Of a stretch of DNA of 64,000 nucleotides, positions 49,310 to 58,657 are shown one piece after another. A program made the translations under genes and the position numbers. Location of the stretch: the sequence record NZ_KX832927.1; one strand, given 5' to 3'. The DNA comes from a plasmid. Under the pieces are notes generated by a model, which worked only from the letters and a program-made list of their open reading frames with translations, had not been told where the DNA came from and did no database searches. Position 1 is the first letter of the stretch. Each line of letters begins with the position of its first letter.

Positions 49310-50572
49310 CTAAATCTTCACTACGGGAAGATCTGATATTCTCGTAGTGTATGCCGGTGAAAGCATTTCTCGCTTCATGCGCCAGCTTGTATCCATTACC
49401 TTTCCAGCGAACCATATTTTGCTAACGCCTCGATTATTTATCTGGTCCAAGGTTTTCATCAATTGTTCACTTCCTTTGTAGGGTTTACTCTCAGAAAATA
49501 AATTAAGTTGAGTAACTGATGGATCAGAAAAATCAGTGAGCATGATGCCAGCTTTGTGATATCTAACCCCTGATTTCCAGATTGTCTTTAACAAACGCAC
49601 TGCGACATTGATAATGTCTCTTGTATCAGCACTTGGATATTCTAACCGTTCAGAACGGTGGTTGTAGTATTGCGTTCCGCTGGCGTAATGGCTGGTTTGG
49701 ATAAAAACAGAGACAAAGGAACAGACTCGTTTTTCAGCTCGAAGTTTCTCTGCTGCTCTCTCTGAATACTCGCAGATAGCCTGATGCATATGCTCATAGA
49801 GCTCAATTTTTTTTCCAAATGAACGTGAACAAATGATTTGCTCTTTAGTTTTTGCTACTTCTTCAAGCTCGATGCAAGATTCACCGTTCAGCTCTCTCAC
49901 AGTGCGTTCTACAACCACACCGAATGTTTTACGGATCATGGTTGTTTCAGCCCTAGCCAAATCAAGCGCTGTAACTATTCCCATAGCATTTAGCCGGTTA
50001 CTTATTTTTCTACCCACACCCCATACTTCATTAACAGGCACAAGGGACATGAGCCTTTTCTGACGTGAAGTAGCACTCAAATCGACTACACCGCCTGTTT
50101 TGGTCCATGTTTTAGCAGCATGGTTTGCCAGTTTAGCCAGTGTTTTAGTTTGAGCAAAACCAACACCGACAGGTACATGAGCAATCTGCAAAATTCGTTG
50201 TTGTATCTTGCGACCGTAATCTTCTAACGGGAAATTTCTAAGCATACCGGTCATATCAAGGAATTGTTCGTCAATACTATATGTTTCTACTCGTGGGGCA
50301 AAACCTGATAGTGTGTCCATTACGCGGTTGCTGATGTCAGCATAAAGAGTGTAATTACTACTAAAAACCTGAATGTCATGCTTTTTGACCAGTGACTGAA
50401 TCTCAAAGTATAGAGCCCCCATTTTGATCCCAAGCAACTTCACTTCCTTGGAACGTGCAATGACACAACCATCATTGTTTGATAAAACAATAACCGGCTT
50501 ATTGGCAATATCAGGGCGAAAAATCCGCTCACAACTGGCGTAGAAACTGTTTACATCAACTAAGGCAAACAT
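49310..50572 (-). CDS. umuC: Y-family translesion DNA polymerase subunit UmuC/MucB-like
   Basis: [43 protein letters not shown]… is a canonical UmuC N-terminus; 420 aa. Confidence 0.9.
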   Translation of the reverse strand: MFALVDVNSFYASCERIFRPDIANKPVIVLSNNDGCVIARSKEVKLLGIKMGALYFEIQSLVKKHDIQVFSSNYTLYADISNRVMDTLSGFAPRVETYSIDEQFLDMTGMLRNFPLEDYGRKIQQRILQIAHVPVGVGFAQTKTLAKLANHAAKTWTKTGGVVDLSATSRQKRLMSLVPVNEVWGVGRKISNRLNAMGIVTALDLARAETTMIRKTFGVVVERTVRELNGESCIELEEVAKTKEQIICSRSFGKKIELYEHMHQAICEYSERAAEKLRAEKRVCSFVSVFIQTSHYASGTQYYNHRSERLEYPSADTRDIINVAVRLLKTIWKSGVRYHKAGIMLTDFSDPSVTQLNLFSESKPYKGSEQLMKTLDQINNRGVSKIWFAGKVMDTSWRMKREMLSPAYTTRISDLPVVKI

Positions 50573-50988
50573 TATCTCGCCTTGTGGATAATGTAAGTCA
50601 CAGTGCCGAATATACTCAATTCTTCACCCTCACTGATGTATATCGGTGAGTAGTTGCTGTTCATGGGTATAAGGGCAATAACAGGGCTGGTTTGTAGTCG
50701 TTTTATCGTAAACTCTCCATCGAGAGAAGCAATGACGATATCTCCATGTTTTGCATCAATCGAACTATCTACTATGACGATATCTCCATCTAGAATCTGT
50801 GCGTCCATCATAGAAGTACCAGATACTCGTAAAAAGTATGTGCCTGAAGGGTGCTTGATCAGCAAAGAGTTTAAATCGATACGATCCTCTAAGTAATCAC
50901 TCGCAGGAGAAGGAAACCCCGCAGGGATCTGCTCTGCGAAAAAAGGTAATGGAAGGGCTTCATCTACGGTACATGGGATTAATTTCAT
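50572..50988 (-). CDS. umuD: UmuD/MucA-like LexA-family peptidase
   Basis: …[23 protein letters not shown]…K… contains the Ser-Lys dyad region. Its stop overlaps the umuC start. The track ORF extends to 51048. Confidence 0.85.
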   Translation of the reverse strand: MKLIPCTVDEALPLPFFAEQIPAGFPSPASDYLEDRIDLNSLLIKHPSGTYFLRVSGTSMMDAQILDGDIVIVDSSIDAKHGDIVIASLDGEFTIKRLQTSPVIALIPMNSNYSPIYISEGEELSIFGTVTYIIHKAR

Positions 50989-51299
50989 ACGAATCTCAAT
51001 ACTGTATAAAAACACAGTATTGTATACATCCGAGTTAGGAAATTGCAAGCTATGTATTAGATATTAAAATGACTGGATAACGGCATTTACTGTTTAGCTG
51101 CTCACAAATCACGATATAGATAATTATTGTACTGTAAGCCTATTATTGAACTGAATGCGCGATGGGGGAGAGCACATTTTCCCCCAATCATAATTGAGTC
51201 TAAGACGAAACTATGCGAGATGCCCGTTACGATATTTCAGCCAGACTACCAGCGTTTTCATGAGATGATTTCGAGAACGAAAATAGAGGCTATTTCTAA

Positions 51300-52052
51300 T
51301 TAACTGATCTGTTTTCTAAACCAAGCCTTGAACTGATTGCGTTTTGAGTGAGTGTACAGGTCGTAATCAATAGGATACTTTTTACGGAACTCGCTGATAG
51401 CTCGTTCGCATGTTTTTTTATCTTTTACTTGTTCTGATGAAAAACCTAGTGAAGCAATTTTTTGTGTAATTTGAGGGTCGGTGTGGTGTGGTGGTCTTTT
51501 CGGTTGAGCACCGACATCGAGTCCGAAACGAACAAGTTTATCATGAGCCAACTTTTGTACTTCAAAGATATGATCGTTGTTCATAGTATTAACTAGCATA
51601 TCTATACATTCTGTACACTTATATTTACCAAGTAAGTGAATCGCCAGTAGCCTTTTCTCAAAGGAGTAAACAACACTTATATTTCTTTTAATATCTTTCC
51701 ATACTTTTTCTGATGGTTCTGACTCACTATATTTCTCTTTTGGCTCCTCAAGAGATAATAAGAAATCCTTAGCGGTAATAGATTCTTTTAATAGCTTTCT
51801 TTTAAAACTATTGAAAGCAGTCTTCATGTATTGCAAAGGCTCTGCCATAGGATGTGATTTACCCGGCTTTGTTAATCTCTCATGCTCTTGGTAACGCTTA
51901 TTAACTCTTTCCCAATCCTTTGGATAGATACGTTTAAACTCAGAAAAGAAGGAATCAAAATCACAATCAACAGCAAGGAGAGACAGCACCGTTGCTATTT
52001 TGAATTCTTTTTTTGGTATAACACTGCCTTTTGATACCCGTTGTCTACTCAT
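51300..52052 (-). CDS. Hypothetical protein with HEAT/PBS-lyase-like repeats
   Basis: 250 aa. Helical-repeat-like segment …VYSFEKRLLAIHLLGKYKCTECIDMLVNTMNNDHIFEVQKLAHDKLVRFG…. Confidence 0.4.
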   Translation of the reverse strand: MSRQRVSKGSVIPKKEFKIATVLSLLAVDCDFDSFFSEFKRIYPKDWERVNKRYQEHERLTKPGKSHPMAEPLQYMKTAFNSFKRKLLKESITAKDFLLSLEEPKEKYSESEPSEKVWKDIKRNISVVYSFEKRLLAIHLLGKYKCTECIDMLVNTMNNDHIFEVQKLAHDKLVRFGLDVGAQPKRPPHHTDPQITQKIASLGFSSEQVKDKKTCERAISEFRKKYPIDYDLYTHSKRNQFKAWFRKQIS

Positions 52053-52303
52053 ATTAACCCTCTACATACCAAAGTTGGTTACAAACCCCACTTTTATGTG
52101 AGGTTACAATTTGAATTGTATGAAATTTTTGGGGGAAGAGAAAGCTGAAAATAGGGCTTGAATTGCCGATAAACTCTGAGGTGTATACCTTTTTATGAGG
52201 TAAGCTCAATGGGATCTAATGAGCATTTTTCGCATCCAGCATCTTGCCAACTACCTCATCTAAAGGAATAGTAACCTTGCCTTTCATAATGATTTTTACA
52301 TAA

Positions 52304-52729
52304 TTAATAGTGGAAGTTTGAACGACCTGCATGTTTATTTAAACCGTTTAATTTTATTAGTAACGGTAAATAATTCTGGTTCTTCAGATATGCTTTTGCT
52401 TTAAGCGCGAGATAGTAACTCTCAATCCCCGCAATCACCACAAACAAAACAGTAGCAGACTCATACCCTATCCCATATGCATAGTTTTTACAGTCGGGCA
52501 ATATATCGTCACTGTGGCTATGTATTGCGGAATGAGGCTCACCGGTCAAAGTATTGATGATAATAGGCAGGGGGTTTTCGAGTAGTTCAAGCAGATCCGA
52601 TGGTGACAGTTCATTAATGAATGTTTCATCACCTGCACTAATTTTATCAAATGCCGGTTTCACAGGAACTCCTGAATGGGCTATAAATTCAGAGGCTATG
52701 TGCTGTAACAACGCTGTGTTGTTCATCAT
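52304..52729 (-). CDS. Hypothetical protein (141 aa), third gene of a three-gene overlapping operon
   Basis: Start overlaps the stop of 52726..53022 by 4 nt. Confidence 0.45.
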   Translation of the reverse strand: MMNNTALLQHIASEFIAHSGVPVKPAFDKISAGDETFINELSPSDLLELLENPLPIIINTLTGEPHSAIHSHSDDILPDCKNYAYGIGYESATVLFVVIAGIESYYLALKAKAYLKNQNYLPLLIKLNGLNKHAGRSNFHY

Positions 52730-53022
52730 TTTTTATAGGTCCTCCCATACTGTTTGAAATATTCATTGAGCTCTTTGTCTCGCTCATACGTAGCCGCATC
52801 TGCCGCTTGTCTGGCTTCATCAACCTGCTTTCTTTGTAGTTCTTCAGCCAGCTTCAGATAAGATTGAATATTCTCTTGGTTTGGTTCATTTGTTACGAGT
52901 TCAAACGCAGCTCTTTCACGTTCCTCCAATGAGCTACACCCCATCAACAAAAACATAGCAATTGAAGCACAAAAGTAAAAACGGGCGGTTGAGAATTCCC
53001 GTTGTGTTTTTTTCTTCATCAT
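52726..53022 (-). CDS. Small lipoprotein-like protein (98 aa)
   Basis: Signal peptide with a lipobox-like LLMGCSS. Overlaps both neighbouring genes by 4 nt. Confidence 0.45.
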   Translation of the reverse strand: MMKKKTQREFSTARFYFCASIAMFLLMGCSSLEERERAAFELVTNEPNQENIQSYLKLAEELQRKQVDEARQAADAATYERDKELNEYFKQYGRTYKK

Positions 53023-53855
53023 TTTTCCAACTTAATTATCTGTTGCCCCCTAAACACGCCAAGGAGAGTCGTTTTGTGTTTGTCAGAACGCTCTTGTCTG
53101 TCTGCTTCAGCAGTAAACAATGGCAGGGGACTTACTTTAAAATCCTGATCCTGCACTATCAAAAACGGCACAGGAGCGTTTATGCAGCGTTTTTTCCCAC
53201 TGGCAAAGGTTAGGTTGCAGATCGGCTGCGGCGTAACGCTACGCTTTATTCTGAGCCTATTAGCAGGGCACTCTTGGATTTTATCCATTAAGTCCTGTAA
53301 CTCAGCGTTGCCTTTTGCTATGTCAGCTATGAGCTGATAAAGCTTAACAGGGTCTGTTTTCTGCATGAGTCCTTTTAAGCCCCACGTATATGAAGCATGA
53401 GTGATCACATCGTCAGAGTTAAATACAGGAATGTTCCGGTACAAATGCAGTGTCATTACGTTACTCAGATGTTTACGCAAAATTCTGAAACGCTCAGATT
53501 TTGGCAGTGCGACAACCGAGCTTCTGATATTGTTTTTTACGGTATTGATTTTGATTAGATGATCAGCAAGTTCCATAGCCGCAGTTGATAACTGTACATA
53601 TCCGGCTGTTCGCCTCGCAAACTTTTGTGAGTACAACGGAGAAATGTATAAGTCCTGCCAACATGAGATAACCGATGTATAGGCATGAGGACCCCAATTC
53701 ACAACCGGCTCAATGCATTTATCGATATCATCACAACCATTTTCTACCGGTGGAATGACACAGGTAAGAGCTGAAATTACCTTTGTATCTCGAAAAAGAG
53801 AGTCAAGCTGGTGGAGGTACTTCAGCAATGAACCAATATAGCTATCAAGCATCAC
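53019..53855 (-). CDS. Hypothetical protein (278 aa), first gene of the three-gene operon
   Basis: ORF with several Cys residues; no recognisable domain. Confidence 0.45.
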   Translation of the reverse strand: MMLDSYIGSLLKYLHQLDSLFRDTKVISALTCVIPPVENGCDDIDKCIEPVVNWGPHAYTSVISCWQDLYISPLYSQKFARRTAGYVQLSTAAMELADHLIKINTVKNNIRSSVVALPKSERFRILRKHLSNVMTLHLYRNIPVFNSDDVITHASYTWGLKGLMQKTDPVKLYQLIADIAKGNAELQDLMDKIQECPANRLRIKRSVTPQPICNLTFASGKKRCINAPVPFLIVQDQDFKVSPLPLFTAEADRQERSDKHKTTLLGVFRGQQIIKLEK

Positions 53856-54113
53856 ATGAAACTCCTGTTCTTAGAAAGAAAGAATCATAACCAAATATGC
53901 CAACATACAAATAGGTGTCTAACAAATACAGGAGCAAAACTTACACATCTGCGCCCCTGACTCGCTCTTTTTTCTCTCTTTTTCTCTTTTTTTCTCCCCC
54001 TTTTCTCTAGACGCGGCTGTTCAGGGTGGAACGCCCATGTAACTACACCATCTTTTGTATGTTGGCATATTTCATGGCGACTTTTACAAAATGAAATATG
54101 ACCGCTCATGCTA

Positions 54114-54341
54114 TTATTCTTGTTCTCTGGATTTCTTCAAAAATTTTTTAAAACTGCTATCACTGACCATCAAGCCGTAAGCCGGTAAAGCATCCATAAT
54201 CGCATTCCAAGACATGCCTGATGATTTCATTTCAAATAAATCATCCTGAATATGGTTCAACATAGCATTTTTTTTATAATTCGGGTTCTGCAAACTGAAC
54301 TGAGTAATTTTTTCTTGTAATCGTTTATTTTTATACATCAT
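54114..54341 (-). CDS. Small protein (75 aa) immediately downstream of the rep gene
   Basis: 3-nt gap to the rep stop; basic C-terminus. Confidence 0.4.
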   Translation of the reverse strand: MMYKNKRLQEKITQFSLQNPNYKKNAMLNHIQDDLFEMKSSGMSWNAIMDALPAYGLMVSDSSFKKFLKKSREQE

Positions 54342-54343
54342 TA

Positions 54344-55180
54344 CTATAATAAACCTATCTGCTTTTCGAGCTCGTCCAGTTCCTTATCGGTAGGCATAGA
54401 ACTACCCACTTTTTCATTGTGAATAACATAGGATATGCGTAACACAGAAGCCTTGCGTCCTCTACGTGACTCAATCGCAATTGAAACATCCTTGATATTC
54501 GTTTGTTCACCCAAACTAACCGCCAGCCGCTTTAAAAACTGACCAAAATACTTATAGCTTTGATAGAGATATTCCTTATTGCCTTTCTTATCTATATTGA
54601 ACAGCCACATTTCGTCCTTAAGTTCGTCAACTCCAATTGTGAAAGACGTTTTATATTCGGCAATAGTATTACGTTTAGAGTACCGTTTCATAATTAGCTG
54701 ATATAGATTTGCCAAACTAGCATCCGATAATCTAGCTACATAAAAAAGGTTTTGTGTCGTGAATTTTTTTGATAATTCAAAGAAATAGGGAAATACCCTA
54801 CGGTTAAAGAATATTTTGCAGTAGCCTTCGTCAAAGTAATATGTAGCACTCGTTGTAATGTTGGTTTTTGAAGCTCGTTTAAAACCTTCCTCACTTAGAT
54901 CTTCATATATGTGAGAGCTCAACAGAGTATCTACGGCGAGTGGAAGGGATTTATACGCAGTTGAAAGGTCCACGTCACAAATTTCAGCATACTCCTTAGC
55001 TTTAACCTCAAAGCATATTTCATCTTCATCAACAGATTCTCTAGGATCAGATATCTGAGCGAGAATAAGAAACAGCACTCTTTTCGCCGGTATAGGTAAG
55101 CTGGCGAGAGAAAGATTGAAATCATCAGAATGACGAACATTAGTATAAAGTGTTAAGTTACTGATTTGCTTCTTTTTCAT
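54344..55180 (-). CDS. rep: Rep_3-type (iteron plasmid) replication initiator
   Basis: About 280 aa, with an array of 22-bp iterons immediately upstream (55.4-56.24 kb). The sequence pattern (…YVARLSDASLANLYQLIMKRYSKR…) is consistent with the winged-helix RepA/RepB/RepE class. Start chosen at MKKKQISN; the track ORF runs to 55243. Confidence 0.65.
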   Translation of the reverse strand: MKKKQISNLTLYTNVRHSDDFNLSLASLPIPAKRVLFLILAQISDPRESVDEDEICFEVKAKEYAEICDVDLSTAYKSLPLAVDTLLSSHIYEDLSEEGFKRASKTNITTSATYYFDEGYCKIFFNRRVFPYFFELSKKFTTQNLFYVARLSDASLANLYQLIMKRYSKRNTIAEYKTSFTIGVDELKDEMWLFNIDKKGNKEYLYQSYKYFGQFLKRLAVSLGEQTNIKDVSIAIESRRGRKASVLRISYVIHNEKVGSSMPTDKELDELEKQIGLL

Positions 55181-55394
55181 CACAAAAGACTCAATTCCAA
55201 CATGATAGGTATATATTCTAAAGGTTGTTTTGTCTAAAAGCAAAGTGACCTTTAAAGTAATACGTAGCTGGTGGAGTATTGAACACCAGACGAAAATAGC
55301 CTTAACGTTGTGATAATAAATACATAAAGTATGTTACCTCTCACATTAGCAATACTTCCATGACGGCTTATTGCCAAGTCAGTTAACGAAATTT

Positions 55395-55980
55395 CCATAT
55401 GACAAACTGCATATGTCACGACCTTTCGTTAACACACTGATAAACAGTAAGTTAATGAAGTCCACCATACTACTCTATACTGCATCAACGACGACCTTTT
55501 ACCTTAAACAGAAAAGTAACTTTTTTTTATGATCATACTGCACCAATGACGACCTTTAGCATAACCGATTGATATATAAGGATTATATATACATGCTTAC
55601 ACCATTCTATACTGCATTAGCGACGACCTTTAGCCACCAGCAGAAAAATACCTTTTTTTATGACCGTACTGCATCAACGGCGACCTTTAGTGTAACAATA
55701 TGATATATAAGGATTTATTTTAAGCATTTACACCGTTATATACTGCACAAGTGGCGACCTTTAGCCTTTAATAGAAAAGTACCTTTTTTTATGACTATAC
55801 TGCACCAACGGCGACCTTTTGTATAACATGTTGATATATATGAATTAAATTATGATAAAAGTATATATTTATACTGCATCAGCGGCGACCTTTAGCCACC
55901 AGCAGAAAAATACCTTTTTATTGATTAACTGCATCAACGGCGACCTTTTGCAGCAAATCAAAAATATACTTTTTCGGTAG
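55395..55980. repeat. About ten dispersed copies of the about 20-bp iteron core ACTGCAnCAnnGnCGACCTTT, spaced about 60 bp apart with two alternating spacer types
   Basis: For example TACTGCATCAACGACGACCTTT, TACTGCACCAATGACGACCTTT, TACTGCATTAGCGACGACCTTT and TACTGCATCAACGGCGACCTTT. The spacers alternate between …AGAAAAGTACCTTTTTTTATGAC… and …GATATATAAGGATT…. Confidence 0.7.
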
Positions 55981-56109
55981 TGGAATATTACAAAACATTT
56001 AAGAAAATCGTACTTATCCACAACAAAATTAGAAAATAAACTAATATTAATTAATAGGATATGATTTTTTTGATTAAATAACGAGCCTTGGTTAATAATT
56101 AACCGCATA

Positions 56110-56241
56110 TACTTTACAAGTGACGACCTTTCACTGCATCAACGGCGACCTTTCACTGCATCAACGGCGACCTTTCACTGCATCAACGGCGACCTTTTAC
56201 TGCATCAGCGACGACCTTTCACTGCATCAGTGACGACCTTT
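56110..56241. repeat. oriV: Six tandem 22-bp iterons (CACTGCATCAACGGCGACCTTT); the candidate oriV for the Rep_3 initiator
   Basis: Six head-to-tail 22-mers with minor variants at the outer copies. Confidence 0.8.
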
Positions 56242-56514
56242 AATATCGTAACTAAATGATTATTATGAATATATCCCCATATCTAAGGTTTTAATTTTTT
56301 AAGATCTAAAAAGAAAGAAAAGATCTTAATATGCTAAGATGTGCTTCACTGTGGACAATTTTCTTATGCTTTCTAACGCACTCGCTTTGCTCGTTTGTTC
56401 AACAGCGACACCGACACGAAAACAAGTTTTCATGTCTCTCGCTGTTCAGAGCTAAAAATGTAAATTCATTTATGATTGAAAAAAAAAGCCCAAACAAATG
56501 TTTAGGCTTCTCAG

Positions 56515-57006
56515 TTAATGAGTGTCGATCAAATACAGACTTTTTAGCGTTACAACAGTACATGCATAACTTATTTTTAACGCTGCGGATAGCTGCTGTA
56601 CGATGAACACAGCAAGTTCCAAACGTTGGTATTGATCTATACCGTGTTCTAGCGTCTGTCCTGCTTCAGAGATCAAGAAAATCATTCCTGACTTACCATT
56701 ATCAAAAACAGACAACCCTTTGTTCCTACTATCCCCATGATATCGAGCTTCAAAATTATCAATATACTTCTTTGATAGAAGCACTAATGCAGAGAGCTGA
56801 GTCAGTTCTTTTAAGGATAACTGAATAGTCTGTTTTTGCTCCCATCTTGCAGTTCCATCCTTTTCAAGAGGTGCTATCTCGATGTTAATGGTAGGAACGC
56901 CAGATCTGGAAACTACCTTTTGAAAGTTAAGACAGGAACGTTTTTTTTCGATTTTCTGCCAATCGGCGAAGAACTTTAAAGTTTCACCATACTCTTGTTC
57001 GGACAT
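56515..57006 (-). CDS. Hypothetical protein (163 aa) downstream of parR
   Basis: ORF with no recognisable domain. Confidence 0.4.
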   Translation of the reverse strand: MSEQEYGETLKFFADWQKIEKKRSCLNFQKVVSRSGVPTINIEIAPLEKDGTARWEQKQTIQLSLKELTQLSALVLLSKKYIDNFEARYHGDSRNKGLSVFDNGKSGMIFLISEAGQTLEHGIDQYQRLELAVFIVQQLSAALKISYACTVVTLKSLYLIDTH

Positions 57007-57016
57007 ACACCACCCT

Positions 57017-57397
57017 TCAATCTGGTAATGAACCTTTCAAATTCTTTGCTGCCTGACTTGGGGGCTCCTTCTCTATTTTTACTTTATCAGTCAGTAACGC
57101 CCGTTTTGCCTGACTCAAATTTACTTTATTGTGAGCATGAGTGCCGTCACTATCAACAGTTAGAAAGGAATCTAACATTACTTTGAAGGTATCAGCCTTT
57201 GTCCTGTCTGATAGAATTGAAGCCAGCAAAGAAGGCAATCTATCATCAATTTCCCCTAATGCGATCCCTGCCAGTAACGCTGTACGTACTGCTTCAGTTT
57301 GAACCGGCGATTCTTCAATCTTTTTAATTGCGAATTTATCAGCCTCGCTGAGTTCGGGACGAAGATACAAAATTATCTTTTTACGCTCTTGTTTCAT
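57017..57397 (-). CDS. parR: ParR/StbB-like centromere-binding protein
   Basis: 126 aa immediately downstream of parM, with 4-nt spacing. Confidence 0.6.
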   Translation of the reverse strand: MKQERKKIILYLRPELSEADKFAIKKIEESPVQTEAVRTALLAGIALGEIDDRLPSLLASILSDRTKADTFKVMLDSFLTVDSDGTHAHNKVNLSQAKRALLTDKVKIEKEPPSQAAKNLKGSLPD

Positions 57398-57401
57398 AAC
57401 G

Positions 57402-58361
57402 TTATCCTAATAATTTCAGACCCCGAACCAAAGCAAACTGAGGTTCTTCAGCCACGTAGAAACGTTCTGGTTGGATTGCTATTTTCTTTCTGATTGCATC
57501 AGCGGAAAGCGCAGCTCCACCACCAATAACCATGACATGTGTATAGCCCTTAAAGGTGCTGACCGCATCGAGCACACGGGTATTTAGTCGTTCAATACTG
57601 CTGTTCATGGCATCTTTCACCATCTGAATATCATCAACGCTGTTGATGTTATCTAACAGATAGTTTTCATCGTGCCGGTTAATAATGAGTTGATCTGCGT
57701 TATAGCTGGATGTTTCTGTTGAAGCGTTCGCCAAAGCTCTTTTGACTTCGTTAGTCACCAATGATACGCCAAGCGTAGGATCACCAAAAATGCGTGATAC
57801 AGACGTCATTTGACCAGAAACCATTGAGATATCAGTTGTGGTGCCTCCAATATCAATAATCAGTACAGAATGATTGGGTCTTAATTCATCACACAAAGAT
57901 ATACCCGCAGGAATTGACTCAGGACGAACGGTTACTTTTTTGATTTTGAAAGGTTCATTTCGGCTTACTTGAACTTCGCGCATTAAGTTATCTTTTTTGC
58001 GTTGGATGTTATCCATTCGATATTGCGCATCCTGATCGTAAAATTCTGCCAATGGTAGAGTGACAACGATTTCAACCTCTTGGGGAGGTAAACCGCTAAT
58101 CTGAAGTGCATGTTGCACTGCAACTGCGTTTAGAGGGCTATACTGCCAAGCTACGTTGTTAGTTGGCAAATTGTCAGGATCAATAATATCGAATGAATAC
58201 TTCTCGTTATCAACGGTATAGTTGAATGGTTTGCCAGTACCAAAAGCCGTACCCCAACCGCGTTTGAAGCTGTTAGGACTAATTTTAATTACTTCACCTT
58301 CCTGATCCTGTTCCCACAGCATTTTTATGTTAGTAGAACCATCATCTATATAAATACGCAT
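57402..58361 (-). CDS. parM: ParM/StbA actin-like plasmid segregation ATPase
   Basis: MRIYIDDGSTNIKMLWEQ…NSFKRGW…NIAWQYS…IDIGGTTTDIS…GDPTLGVSLVT…THVMVIGGGA… parallels R1/NR1 StbA/ParM. Confidence 0.85.
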   Translation of the reverse strand: MRIYIDDGSTNIKMLWEQDQEGEVIKISPNSFKRGWGTAFGTGKPFNYTVDNEKYSFDIIDPDNLPTNNVAWQYSPLNAVAVQHALQISGLPPQEVEIVVTLPLAEFYDQDAQYRMDNIQRKKDNLMREVQVSRNEPFKIKKVTVRPESIPAGISLCDELRPNHSVLIIDIGGTTTDISMVSGQMTSVSRIFGDPTLGVSLVTNEVKRALANASTETSSYNADQLIINRHDENYLLDNINSVDDIQMVKDAMNSSIERLNTRVLDAVSTFKGYTHVMVIGGGAALSADAIRKKIAIQPERFYVAEEPQFALVRGLKLLG

Positions 58362-58379
58362 TTGAAGCCTCTAATTGTT

Positions 58380-58640
58380 AATGTGATGCATCTGAGATTT
58401 ATTTGATGCGATATTGAGTATGTTTGTAATTTTAACAGTGGAACTTGAGTGTCGCAAGAGGTTGATGTGAGATTAATTTGAGAAATATCAGGGTGTAAAA
58501 ATCATAATGAAAATGAAAATATATCATTTAGATGTTGGTGTGATGCGTAACTGAGGTTTATATGAGGCTTGTACTGTGTGGTGTTACTGTGTGAGGATTA
58601 ATTGAGGTATATCTGATGTGTGTAGATATACCTCGATACC
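58380..58640. repeat. parC-like centromere/promoter region upstream of parM, with repeated TGAGATT / GTGTGAGGATTAATTGAGGT-type motifs
   Basis: Several imperfect direct repeats (…GATGCATCTGAGATTTATTTGATGCG…, …TTGATGTGAGATTAATTTGAG…, …GTGTGAGGATTAATTGAGGT…). Confidence 0.45.
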
Positions 58641-58657
58641 TTGACTGTGAATGTGTT

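Noticed and set aside
55869-56108. 79-aa minus-strand ORF next to the iterons
   Set aside because: It lies entirely within the AT-rich origin/iteron region, has no ribosome-binding site, and is composed of Ile/Leu/Phe-rich codons typical of AT-rich non-coding DNA.
56110-56241. Tandem 22-bp direct repeats that could superficially resemble a CRISPR array
   Set aside because: The repeats are contiguous with no spacers, sit directly upstream of a Rep_3-type initiator gene, and are accompanied by dispersed copies of the same motif. They are iterons (oriV), not CRISPR.
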